Origin: Thraustochytrium aureum | Taxonomy: Eukaryota | Assembly: GCA_012862495.1 (NCBI GenBank) | Contig: BLSG01000208.1 | Location: 53,887-104,342 of the forward strand | Direction: 5' to 3' | DNA length: 50,456 bases | Shown here: positions 33,875-45,203 of the stretch, piece by piece | How the letters are laid out: each line of letters begins with the position of its first letter | Position numbering within the stretch: the first letter of the stretch is position 1 | Position numbers and translations under genes: made by a program | Notes under the pieces: generated by a model | What the model saw: only the letters and a program-made list of their open reading frames with translations | What the model was told of the DNA's origin: nothing | Databases searched by the model: none

Positions 33875-34625
33875 ATGGAGTCTCTGCCGGATAGCGTGCT
33901 TTCGGAGCGCGTGCTGGCGTGCCTGGACCTGCGCGACCTGTGCACGGTGGAACTCGTGTCCAAAAGGCTCCGAGCGTGCGCGCGGACGGACGAGCCGTGG
34001 ATGGCGAATTGCAGGAGCCTGTGGCGTGGCAAGTGCAGGATGCCCTTTGCGTACGAGGGCGCGCCTGAGGTGCCGTTCTCGAGGATGCGTCTGTCTCCTC
34101 AAGGCGTTGACTCGCTGTCGATCAAGGAACTCAAAACACTTCTCGCGCTCCGGCACGTCTCGTGTGCAGGGTTTCTCGAGAAGGCCGAGTTCCGGCGCGA
34201 GTTTGTCGCGACGACTCCGGCGTCAGTTTGCGGCTGGTCGCTCGAGTTTGACAACAAGTGGAAGTCGAGCTTAGTCTACTCGACGCTCGACGCGCGGCGC
34301 ACGGACATTTCCAAGGAGGAGCTGTCCGAGAATGGCTGGGTCATGTTTATGAAGGAGAACCAGGGCTTCCAAACGCAGTTTAGCTTCCTCCCCGACGGAG
34401 GCGTGCGGTCCACGATGTCGCATAATTCTCGGTGGCGGTTCGTCGGGTTCGAGCCGCGGGGCGTTCAAGTGGACGACTACCCGATTCTAGTCGTGTCCCG
34501 ACGCCCCCAGGGATTGGGGTTGGCGCCTGGAGAACCACTGGGTCGTGTTCTACTCTGAGCACTATGGCTGCGTGCCTGCTCGCGAGCTCTTTGCGCGCGA
34601 TTTTTCGGGGGTGTTCACGCCTTGA
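33875..34625 (+). CDS. F-box protein with SAP/ARMET-C-like helical motif; apparent frameshift at G3 34510-34512
   Basis: F-box MESLPDSVLSERVLACLDLRDLCTVELVSKRLRACARTDEPW, then LSIKELKTLLALRHVSCAGFLEKAEF. Removing one G gives QVDDYPILVVSRRPQ-DWGWRLENHWVVF...TP*, with stop at 34623-34625. Confidence 0.75.
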
Positions 34626-35174
34626 AACCGTCATGGGCTTTCGGCGCGGCTGCGACTCGGAGGCCCGAGTCGCGCGCTTCATCTGCCGCATGCCGAGTGT
34701 GCACGCTCGCTGCCTTGCGCCAAGGACGGCCGTGAACAGATGTGCCGCACCAAGCGCAATGGCCATCATGATGGCGATCGAACGCGACGCACATCTGCCC
34801 TCGCACGGGACCCCGCGCAAGCGCGCTTCCGTCACCTCAAGTATTCCCGTTGTCGTGTTTTGTACGGCCAAGTGTGGGTTTGAAGGACGGACATCGCGCT
34901 GCTGCGTCGAGGCCTGCCAGCCAGCGAGTCGTCAGACATCCGTCCGTCCGAGGAGGCCAGGCATCCGCCGCCCGCAGGAAGCAGGCGCGCCAAGCCAGGC
35001 AGAGACCGTGCCCAGGAGGACCCTTTGCGGCGGTCCGCGTGGCACCAGCTCTCGCTGCACGGCGGTCACGCAGGGACCGGTGCATCGGCAGGCAGCGGTT
35101 GGGACGGCGCTTGGACTCTTGGTCGCTTGGTCGCTCGGTCGCTTGCTTGCTTGCTTGCTTGCTTTCCCAAGAGA

Positions 35175-38100
35175 ATGGAGAGCCTGCTCCAGGAGGTGTT
35201 GAGTGGGCCGGAGGCGGGCGAGCTTGACTTGGCTGCGCTGCGCCAGCAGGCCAAGGACGAGACGCTGGCGAGCCTCACGGCGTTTCAGCTCGCAGAGCGC
35301 GCCGTGGCGCTCCTGAGCGACCGCAAAGAGGCCCAAGAGCTCCTGGTCGGCGTGGTCGTTGGCGTGGAGGTGCATGGTGAGTCAGCCAATTTACTCGTGG
35401 ACCTCAAAACCGGCCCAAAGGTGAAGGTCACTGCAAACGTCGAGTCGCTCGGGAAAACCGACATCCGCGTCGTGTACGAGTCTGAAGCCCAGTTTCGCGG
35501 CGTCCTCAGCGAACGCATAGACTTTGCGAAACTGTACAGGCTTGGCCAAGTCAAAGTCGAGGGCTCGCTCCGAGCCAAGCTCAAGTTGATGCCTCTCGTG
35601 GAAGTTGGCAAGCGGCTCAGCTTGGAGGCGCAGCAGCGCCGAAACGAAGCCGCCATGGCTGGCCTTGACTGGGAGGGCGAGCCTGTGCGAGGGACGTTTT
35701 CGGGCCCGCTGGAGAAGAAATCGGACTGGCTTCGCCAGTGGAACGAGCGCTGGTTCACCCTGGACTGGGACCCTTACCATCGCCCAACCCTGAGCTACAC
35801 TAAGAGTAAGGGCGTTGGCGCGCGGGACACGTTTGAACTGCACAGCTCCATGTCGGTTGAGCCGCGTGNNNNNNNNNNNNNNNNNNNNNNNNNNNNNNNN
35901 NNNNNNNNNNNNNNNNNNNNNNNNNNNNNNNNNNNNNNNNNNNNNNNNNNNNNNNNNNNNNNNNNNNNNNNNNNNNNNNNNNNNNNNNNNNNNNNNNNNN
36001 NNNNNNNNNNNNNNNNNNNNNNNNNNNNNNNNNNNNNNNNNNNNNNNNNNNNNNNNNNNNNNNNNNNNNNNNNNNNNCGTAGCTGACCAAAGCAGCAAGC
36101 GATCGAGCCAACTTGGGGCCGACGAGGCTGTGGCCCAGCCGGCCCTCCACGAGCAGATGGAGGCGCTTGAGGCATCGCTGATCGCGTCCGGCGTTGAGTC
36201 GAACCGCACATTTGTGCTGCGTAAGCTTTCGTGGCGACTGGTCCCACTTGCAGTGGCAGTAGCATTCGTCGCGCGAAGGGTGCGGCAGTTCTTGCTTCGC
36301 GTGCTGCCCGCATCCTCGTTGGGCCAGGCCGGTGTCGTGGCTTTGGTTGGCGCAGTGGCGCGGACGATCATGACATCCTCGTACTTTGCGCTCTTTCGGC
36401 GCCGGATGAACGTGTACATGCTGTCCGCGCGACTGATCGTTGACTTGAAGATCACCGATCTAAAGTCGGAGGAGCTGCCTGCGATTCACTCCGACGCTGT
36501 GTGGCGTACCAAGCAGCGCGCTGTGGCCGAGGAGATCTACTTTCACTCTCTCAAGCTGGGCGGGCTCTGGGTCAAGGTAGCGCAGCACCTCGGCTCGCGG
36601 CCGGACGTTTTCCCGCCCACCGTGACCACGGTGCTAGGGCGTCTGCAAGACTCGGTTCCGCCCACCCCGTTTGATGTCCTGCGCCCGTTCCTGGAGAAGG
36701 AGCTCGGAAAGCCCATCGACCAGGTCTTTAGGTCGTTCTCGCCGCAGCCCATCGCAGCAGCTAGCATCGGCCAAGTCCACCTCGCTGAACTCGCGGACGG
36801 CTCGCCGGTCGTCGTCAAAGTGCAGCACCCTGACATTGAAAGCAAGCTGACGCAGGACGTCTACAACATGGGCGTGGTGATGACCTGGGTCGCTCTAGTT
36901 GACCGAAAGCTGGACCTCCACCCCATCCTAGACCACTGGCGCGAGAGCGTGCTAAGCGAGCTCGACTTTTGCAACGAGCTCCGCAACATGGAGGACGTTG
37001 GCGCCAACTTGCGCGACGGCCGGGGAGCCTATGCCACCGTGCCGAGCGCGCTCAGCGGCCAAGGTCTCTGCTCGCGCCGTGTCATGGTGATGCGGTTCGT
37101 GAAGGGGGCCAAAGTGACAGACTTTGACGGCCTGGCCAGTGTTGGGGTCACCGGGTACAATGCCCGTGGCGTCCTCGCACAGGACATTTGCGACGCGTTC
37201 GCTCACCAAATTTTTATTGATGGCGTCTTCAACGCGGACCCGCATCCGGGCAACGTTATCGTGGCTCGCCGCCAGGACATCATGGACGGGCAGGTCATGC
37301 ACCTGCCGCGCCCGCGCGCTGACCCCGCTAGCGACGGGGCGCGCGGCGTGAGCGCAGGGCAAGCCTCTGATCCAGACCGCGCGGTGCCAGTCCTGCTTGA
37401 CTTTGGCCTAGCGCTTCGTCTCCCGGACAAGATTCGCCTCGCGCTAGCGAAAATGGTCCTCGCTGGGTCCCAGTTGGACGCTGGCGGGCTGATGTGGGCC
37501 GGCTCAGAGCTTGGCATCGTGCTGAATAGAGAAGACCTCTTGGACGACTTTAGTGGATTCCAGCACATGTTCCGCGACACGGCGCCGGCCGAGGAGAGCC
37601 GGAAAGAGACGATGGCGCGGATCGAGATCGAGAAGCGCAAGATCATGGAGAAAGACTTTGAGAGCCCCGTAGAGTCTTTCCCGCCCGAGCTCATTCTGTT
37701 CTTCCGATCCCTCAACCTCTTGCGCGGCCTCTGCAGCTCGCTCGAGGTGCGCCAGCCGTTCATCAAAACGTTGGCGAGCTGGGCGCGGCTTGCGCTGCGC
37801 GACAGGTTCCCGGGCGCGCGCCCCGCCGACCCCCTCGTTGCAACACCGTCTGGAGACGCTGCGCGGGATTCGGCGCCCCAGGCCGCACTCGAAACCCGCC
37901 TTCGCGAGCTTCTCGCAGAGCGCGCCGAGGAGTACACTGGTATACAGGTCTGCGTCCTGGACGCGTCGCGCGGAACGCGGATTTCCATCGCAGCCGGTTG
38001 TCTAGCAGATGACGACCCAAGGCCGGTGACNNNNNNNNNNNNNNNNNNNNNNNNNNNNNNNNNNNNNNNNNNNNNNNNNNNNNNNNNNNNNNNNNNNNNN

Positions 38101-39490
38101 NNNNNNNNNNNNNNNNNNNNNNNNNNNNNNNNNNNNNNNNNNNNNNNNNNNNNNNNNNNNNNNNNNNNNNNNNNNNNNNNNNNNNNNNNNNNNNNNNNNN
38201 NNNNNNNNNNNNNNNNNNNNNNNNNNNNNNNNNNNNNNNNNNNNNNNNNNNNNNNNNNNNNNNNNNNNNNNNNNNNNNNNNNNNNNNNNNNNNNNNNNNN
38301 NNNNNNNNNNNNNNNNNNNNNNNNNNNNNNNNNNNNNNNNNNNNNNNNNNNNNNNNNNNNNNNNNNNNNNNNNNNNNNNNNCGAGCCTGACCTTGTTTCC
38401 TGGCGCCGCGCTGGCTCAGAGCGTCACGCAGATCTGCGCTCGCGCCGCCGCCCCGAACGGCTGCCATGCTGCCGTAAGGAGCGGCGCGCTCAGCGACCTT
38501 GGCGCAGGCGTGGACGCCGCGGCCGTCCCGCGAAACTTTGACTCGAAAACGATCGCGAACTGGGAGGACAACCTGGCCTTTGCCAAGACCGTTTTGAATG
38601 GGGCCGGCCCGCCCCTGCCCGGTGGGACAGCGGAGGGCCCGATAGTGGACCCGCAGCAGTCGCAGGCCAAGCTCCCGTTCGAGATCACGCACGCGGCGTT
38701 CCTCTGGGGTTGGATTGCGATGTTGGCGGTGCAAGAATCCGCAGACGTGGTTGGGGATGCCGGGGTGTCTGCGGAGCCGCGGATGGCCGCCTTTGCTCGC
38801 GACGAGCTCGCGGCCAACAAAGACCTTTTGTTTGGGCTGCGCAACGAATCGGAGGCGCGACAATACGTGGATGAGGGGCGCGTGGCACAGCTCTCGTTCC
38901 CGGTCCAAAAGCTGCTCGAGCAGCATGGCATCCAAGATGTCGGAGCAATGGGGGACGTGGAGAACTTTACCGGCAAACATGGCCAGGCGACGCAGGACGG
39001 TCCGGGCATTGCCATGATCACCGAGCTGGTCCCGGCGCTCAAGGGCAAAGAGTACTGGGTTGACCCTCGTATAGCCAACTTTCCGTGCGTCATGCAGGCG
39101 TGCTACCCGTCGGGGAATGTGCTCTGTACGGCTGAGGCGCTCGCTCGCCTCTGCCACGCGGTCGGTCACCGCGGCACTGTCCTCGGGGAGCAGGTCTTGG
39201 AGCCGGATGTTGCTGATGCGGTATTGGCGGACGCGCTCGTCACTGACGGCGAGGACCCCTTTGAGGAGGGCCGGGTCGGCCTGCGTCGGTTTGCATACTC
39301 GCGCGGCGACAGGCAGATCTCCGCGGTGGGGCAGATCGCGTTCGGCGGCAGCTTGGTACTGTGCGTTCCGGAGCTGTCTTTGAGCGTTGCGATTCTCGTC
39401 AATGAGATGAGCTTGACGCGCGACTTGTCGCAGGCTGTCCTTGACATCATCTACGAAACCTACCAGGTGTGTCCGCAGGGCGACTTTTAG
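35175..39490 (+). CDS. SCP2-PH-ABC1(UbiB/ADCK) atypical kinase-beta-lactamase-like multidomain protein (two gaps)
   Basis: SCP2-like DIRVVYESEAQF...LYRLGQVKVEGSL; PH-like SGPLEKKSDWLRQWNERWFTL; ABC1 motifs AAASIGQVH, VVVKVQHP, ELDFCNE, NADPHPGN and LLDFGL; beta-lactamase-like GIQVCV...DPRPV...TLFP, PSGNVLCTAEALARL and FGGSLVLCVPELSLSVAILVN. Confidence 0.8.
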
Positions 39491-39753
39491 TTGCGGCGGG
39501 CCAATGTGGCCCAACTGGCGCTCGGGGTGGTTGCTGTTTGCAAGTCTCTCAGCAGGGGTAAATACTTTATTGCACTATGCGCTTCCAAATTGCCGTGGAG
39601 AGCGTGCGGCCCTCCGTGAACGTGCTCTGTGACGGGCCGGCTTGCTCGCCACGCGCCCCACTTCAATGCAGGCGCGGTCTGAGCGCCAAGTGAAGGTCGA
39701 CAAAGCATGCGGTTCAGTTGCTCTCTACTTGTGCGCTCTGCGCGACTGATTGC

Positions 39754-41016
39754 TCACTGACGGCCGACTTGCTTGAAGAAAAGTCGCTGCACGATCTGCG
39801 ACTGCCGAGGTGTCACGACCGCTGCGTCGCCGCCAAGTTCGCGCGCGCGGAGGTGCACGCGATGAGCTTGGCTGTCCCCGCTGGCTAGTCGTTCACGCTC
39901 CTCGCGAAGGGCTATCTCGCGCGCCTCGCGTTCTTCGTACCTGATTCGAAGGCGCTCCTCCTCGAGCCTCTCTTCCTGCTCGCTGTCAAGCCCTGCTAGC
40001 CATTCTTCTTCGGCACGCTTTTTCTGCCGCGCGTCGTACTCGGCGTACATGGCGTCAACGCGGACGAGGAGGTCTGCCAGTTCTGCCTTGGACATGTATT
40101 CAGGATGCCGTGGAACCGGTCCTGGCGCATCAGTCTCGCGCATCAACGTAGCCAGCTGGAGCGGCATTCCCTCCAGAACGCGCAGGATCTGAGCCTTTGA
40201 GAGCGCTTCAAACATGTTGGAGCGTAGCCCGTTCTGGAGCTCGAACCGCCAGGTTCCCACAGAGACGCACTCTTGATCGACGGCGCGCAGGAACGCCGCG
40301 CGTTGCCACGCTGCTGGACTCCCTTTGGCAAGAAATATTGCGTAGTCCACGGAGTCTAGCTTCCGCTCATGGTTTGCGCTTCCTCTTGCGAAAGCGACGT
40401 TCTTGTCCCGCCGGCGCCTCGGCAAAGTGTTGCCATGGACAACCTTGNNNNNNNNNNNNNNNNNNNNNNNNNNNNNNNNNNNNNNNNNNNNNNNNNNNNN
40501 NNNNNNNNNNNNNNNNNNNNNNNNNNNNNNNNNNNNNNNNNNNNNNNNNNNNNNNNNNNNNNNNNNNNNNNNNNNNNNNNNNNNNNNNNNNNNNNNNNNN
40601 NNNNNNNNNNNNNNNNNNNNNNNNNNNNNNNNNNNNNNNNNNNNNNNNNNNNNNNNNNNNNNNNNNNNNNNNNNNNNNNNNNNNNNNNNNNNNNNNNNNN
40701 NNNNNNNNNNNNNNNNNNNNNNNNNNNNNNNNNNNNNNNNNNNNNNNNNNNNNNNNNNNNNNNNNNNNNNNNNNNNNNNNNNNNNNNNNNNNNNNNNNNN
40801 NCCTTTGCTTGGCCAGCCCTCGGTTGCAGCTGTTGGGGCTCGAAGTGCGTCAAGCTCTTCTTGTGACCCGATGAGGCCACGGGTGTATGGCCGCACCGAT
40901 CCAGGCGTGGCCATCAGCTCGCGTCCCAGCGGGACCTGCATGAGGTCCATTGCGATGGCATTGTGCTGGAACGAGGTGAGCCCTGCGGCAGACCCGCGCG
41001 CCTCCGGTTGATCCAT
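39754..41016 (-). CDS. Hypothetical protein with C-terminal coiled coil
   Basis: ATG 41016 (MDQPEARG). The frame is continuous if gap 40448-40801 has about zero length (WPSK-GKVVHG). The E/R-rich C-terminus suggests a coiled coil. No family recognised. Confidence 0.55.
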   Translation of the reverse strand: MDQPEARGSAAGLTSFQHNAIAMDLMQVPLGRELMATPGSVRPYTRGLIGSQEELDALRAPTAATEGWPSKXXXXXXXXXXXXXXXXXXXXXXXXXXXXXXXXXXXXXXXXXXXXXXXXXXXXXXXXXXXXXXXXXXXXXXXXXXXXXXXXXXXXXXXXXXXXXXXXXXXXXXXXXXXXXXXXXXXXXXXKVVHGNTLPRRRRDKNVAFARGSANHERKLDSVDYAIFLAKGSPAAWQRAAFLRAVDQECVSVGTWRFELQNGLRSNMFEALSKAQILRVLEGMPLQLATLMRETDAPGPVPRHPEYMSKAELADLLVRVDAMYAEYDARQKKRAEEEWLAGLDSEQEERLEEERLRIRYEEREAREIALREERERLASGDSQAHRVHLRARELGGDAAVVTPRQSQIVQRLFFKQVGRQ

Positions 41017-41120
41017 TTTTGGCAAGCCTGACGACGGCTAGGACTAGTTCGTCGGAGCCGGCCAGCTGGGCCGAGTTGCGATCTGCAGGCCCGGTGTCGT
41101 GCTCTTTGCTGGACTCCGCC

Positions 41121-41222
41121 GCTGGTTTCCGTGGACCACACGGCGCTGGTTTCCGTGGACCACACGGCGGCAAACGATGGGGATGGCGCTCCATTCCATT
41201 CCATTCCATTCCATTCCATTCC
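41121..41222. repeat. 24-bp tandem duplication plus (CCATT)6 microsatellite
   Basis: (GCTGGTTTCCGTGGACCACACGGC)x2 at 41121-41168 and (CCATT)6 at 41191-41220. Confidence 0.9.
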
Positions 41223-42077
41223 ACTTCCCCATTGAAGTAAGCCATCTCTTTCGGAGGGCGCAGCCGGAGAGAAGAGGAGGCATAACTTTGCGGCGAGCCG
41301 CGCGGAGGGAGAGAGGGCTCGAGTCGACGATCCTCCAGAGTGATTGTGATGCGCGCCGATTCTTTTCTTGGCTGATCCTGATCAAGTGGCTCCGCGCTGA
41401 GCAAACCCTCCTAGATCGCGGAGAACGGCTGCGCAATTGGCCCAGCGCGGAAAGCAAATGGAGTAGAATCCAGACCAGGGCCTGCGTGTTGCGGCACACC
41501 TGCGCGTGTGGGGGCGTGATGGTGGTGCCGCCTGCGCAGGTGGGCCCAACGGACCTCCGCCTTCTGTTATTCGTCCGACCAGCGCACGGTGAATTCTGTT
41601 TGTCCGTTGAGGGTGGGTTCGTCCAGCGTGTCGCTCACCAGCGCGTCGCTCGCCAGTACGTCGCTCACCAGTACGTCGCCACCTCGCATGCCAGCTTGGC
41701 TGGCTGGCTGGATGGCGCGGTAGGAGGCGTGTCGCGCGGTTTGGATGTGGTCGTTGGCGGCTCTCAACCAAGAGCAGAGTTCAGAGCACAGCCCGCGCTG
41801 CGTGAGACGCTGGAGTTGGGGAACACAGTCACAGCCAAGCATTGCTCGCAAACCACCGATGGAGTTGAAACGTGAGCGCCTCCTCAAGCCGAAGCGCGGC
41901 ACGATGCGTTTCGCGAGCAAGAGGGCATAAAAATCAAGGCTAGTCCCTCAATTTCTGGGCATTGCTGCGTTGAAGAACTAGAAAGGGTATTTTAGTGGGA
42001 TATAGAGCTGTTGAAGCGTCCAAGCCTGGTTGCTCGCCATCCATCAATCCGTCAGCAGTCTTCGAACGCGAAGCGCG

Positions 42078-45000
42078 ATGGATGATGGCAGCGCCAGACT
42101 CGCGGGTGCGCAGCAGCCGCACCGGGAAAGCAAGACGCGGCTAGAAAGCTTTGAGGAGCTGAGCAGCGTCAACGAGGTCTGCGATGCCGAGTTCAGCCAG
42201 TTGGCGGGGAAAGCAAGTCGACCTTGATTCGCAAGCGCACTTCCATGGTGAGCAGCTTTTCCAACATGCGAACGGGCAAACCAAGAATATCAGTGCGCGA
42301 GCTGAGCAAGCAGGAGCTGGAGGTAGCCTCCTCAGCTATTGTAAAAGGGGTGGTGGACGAATGGCGCATGGAACGGGAGAACTCGACGGACAGGGTGCCT
42401 GTGTCGCCAGAGGCAGCGAAAACGCCGAGCGCTGTTGGTGGAGATCAAGCTCCGCAGCCAAAGGCTTTAGGTGGTTCTTCGCGCAGCGACTTTTCGAGGC
42501 GCGTCTCGCACGCCAATGTAAGCCCTCCAGTCACACTCCTTCCTAAAACCACAATGGAGCGGCTGACGCGTGCAGAGTTGTCGAGAATGTCACAGGCGCA
42601 GAACCCCCGGAAGCCTGTGACAGGCAGTAGTCCTACACGCGCGAGCCACTCTCGCATGATATGCTCCGGGAAAAAAGTACTGCGACCGGAATCGTGGGTT
42701 CGGCTGTCGTGGGACATTTTGATCCTTGTCTTGCTTGCGTATGTGGCGCTGATGACGCCGGTACGAATCGGATTTGACTATGACGCTGACCGTGACTCGT
42801 TTGGGGGATACTTTGAGCTGCTCGTGGACTGCCTGTTTCTCGCCGACGTTCTCCTGAATTTCCGCACTGGGTACTTTAAGCCAGAGGGCTCGATTGAGAT
42901 GCGACCACTGCATATTGCAAAAAAACTACGTCCGTGGGTACTTTCTGATCGACCTGTTCAGCTCGTTTCCGTTCGACTGGATGGTGGAGAGCATCGGGAG
43001 CTTGCAAGGCACGAAATTGCTCAAGGCGGGGCGGATCCTGAAGGTGAGCCGAATCCTCAAGCTGGCCAAGCTGGCGCGCCTGCTGAAGATCCCACGCCTC
43101 GCAGAGAAGTTTGAGGACGATTTGAAGGTTAGTGCAGTGCAGCTCAAGCTTTTGCGCATCTTTTTGACGACCTCGCTGATCGCGCACATGAATGCGTGCG
43201 GGTGGTCGTTCGCGGCACGCGCGATGGACACGTTTTACGAAGACTCGTGGGCGAGCGTGTATGGGATAACGGACGCGCCGCTTGGTTCGCAGTACCTTAC
43301 AGCAATGTATTGGGCAATAACGACCATGACCACTGTGGGGTACGGCGACATTGTGCCGCGGACTGACGCCGAGCGGGCGTACTGCATGGTCTCGATGATT
43401 TTTGGCGGAGCCTTTTACGCCTACGTGATTGCGTCGCTGTCGTCAATCGTGACCAACCAAAATGCGAATGCGCGCCTGATGACCGAGCGAATGGACTCGC
43501 TGTCGACGTATATGCGGATCCGCAAGTTCCCGAAGCACCTTTTCCGGCGCGTGCGCAGGTACTTCCGGCACTACTACCTGACGAAGACCGCCCTCAACGA
43601 GTCGACGATCCTTGAGAACCTCTCGCCAGCGCTGCGCAGCGAGGTGGCGCTCTTTCTGATCGACCAGACGGTCTCGAGCAACCCGCTGTTCAAAGACATG
43701 AGCCCGAAGAACTTTGCGCGCCTGATCAACATTTTGTACCCGATAAAGGTCGAAGAGGGCGAGTTTATCTTTCTCGCGGGCGACATGGGCGAGGAAATGT
43801 TTCTGCTGGTTTCTGGTACACTCGAGGTTCTTGACGCGGCGGACGAGGTCCAGGCGGTTCTGACGCCGGGGGCGTACTTTGGCGAGCTCTGTGCATTGGG
43901 GTTGACAAACCAGCGGACCTGCGGGGTTCGCGCCATCGAGCCGTGCGAGCTCTACTCGCTCTCGAAAAACGACTTTTTTGACACCTTTGCCCAGACCGAG
44001 CCGGGGACGATTTCGCGGATGGTGCAGCTCGCAGTAACCAACTATGCGGACCTGCATTTGGAAGAGAGGGACGAGAAGGGTGGGTCCATCTTCCTCAAAG
44101 CCAAGGAGAAGCGAAAGGTCGGGGCGCCAAGCGACCTGCTGGCTTCGAAGGTGCAAGAGGCTCGAGGGGCAAGCTCGGTGCGCTCTATCGCAGTCAAGAA
44201 AGCGGCTCCTCTCGGCGAGGCAGACTCGCTCGCCCCGCTCGCCTCCGAGTTGCCCAGCAACGAGGTCCCCTCTTTAAGCGGCGCCTCGCGCGACCGCTTG
44301 GTTCCGCCTGCCCGACGGTCTGTCGACGTCGGCAGCAGCGTTGGGCGAGGCCAGGCCGCGAGGATCTCAACTGCTTCGTCAGTTACCGCGGCCTCACTAG
44401 GCAGGAGCGCGACAGGCGGGCTGCACCTGGACGGCGGCGGCTTGGACGCGGCGGGCGCGGAGGTGGGACCAGCGCTGCTCCAGCGCATCGAAGCCCTGGA
44501 GGCTGCCACGAACGCACAAAACGCTCTGATCTTCGAAGCGCTCGCGAGGATCCAAGAATCGCTCAACATCGACCCGCGCTACTCGGCGGTCGCGCCTCGG
44601 CGTCACGGTCCCGGAGGCGGTTCCTTTGTAAGCACCGGCCAAGGGCAGTCGGCCAACTCGATGGCTGGTCGAATGTCGATCAGCAAAGTCGGGGAGGAAG
44701 AGTTGGCTGAGGAGTTGTTCCGCTCGCCGACGATGCGCGACCTCATGCGCCGCAAGCGGGCCACCTCGTTTGTGGCCTCGAGTCGTGGCCTCAAGATCNN
44801 NNNNNNNNNNNNNNNNNNNNNNNNNNNNNNNNNNNNNNNNNNNNNNNNNNNNNNNNNNNNNNNNNNNNNNNNNNNNNNNNNNNNNNNNNNNNNNNNNNNN
44901 NNNNNNNNNNNNNNNNNNNNNNNNNNNNNNNNNNNNNNNNNNNNNNNNNNNNNNNNNNNNNNNNNNNNNNNNNNNNNNNNNNNNNNNNNNNNNNNNNNNN

Positions 45001-45203
45001 NNNNNNNNNNNNNNNNNNNNNNNNNNNNNNNNNNNNNNNNNNNNNNNNNNNNNNNNNNNNNNNNNNNNNNNNNNNNNNNNNNNNNNGAGCGTAGTACTCT
45101 ACCTGGCCGCGAGCGAGGCCTCGAGCTGCCTGCCAGCGTGCAGTGGGTCCGCTTTGCGTCAGCTTTAGCTCGGGCTCCAGCCCCTCGCCTGCAAGAAGTG
45201 TGA
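42078..45203 (+). CDS. Voltage-gated K+ channel with cyclic-nucleotide-binding domain (KCNH/HCN/plant Shaker-like); apparent frameshifts at 42206-42212 and 42919-42925
   Basis: S1 WDILILVLLAY, DVLLNFRTGY, S4 KAGRILKVSRILKLAKLARLLK, pore YWAITTMTTVGYGDIVP, C-linker, and CNBD FGELCAL...RTCGVRA. Removing one A from A7 gives IAKNYVRGYFLIDL. Confidence 0.9.

Noticed and set aside
41121..41168. Direct repeats as a possible CRISPR array
   Set aside because: Two adjacent copies with no spacers, no cas genes, and a eukaryotic context.
41191..41222. (CCATT)n resembling human satellite II/III (contamination)
   Set aside because: Only six units, embedded in native-looking intergenic sequence.
42917..42926. 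A-AAA-AAC-like slippery site suggesting programmed frameshifting in the K+ channel
   Set aside because: The required shift is +1, not -1, no stimulatory element is evident, and many other homopolymer errors occur in the window.
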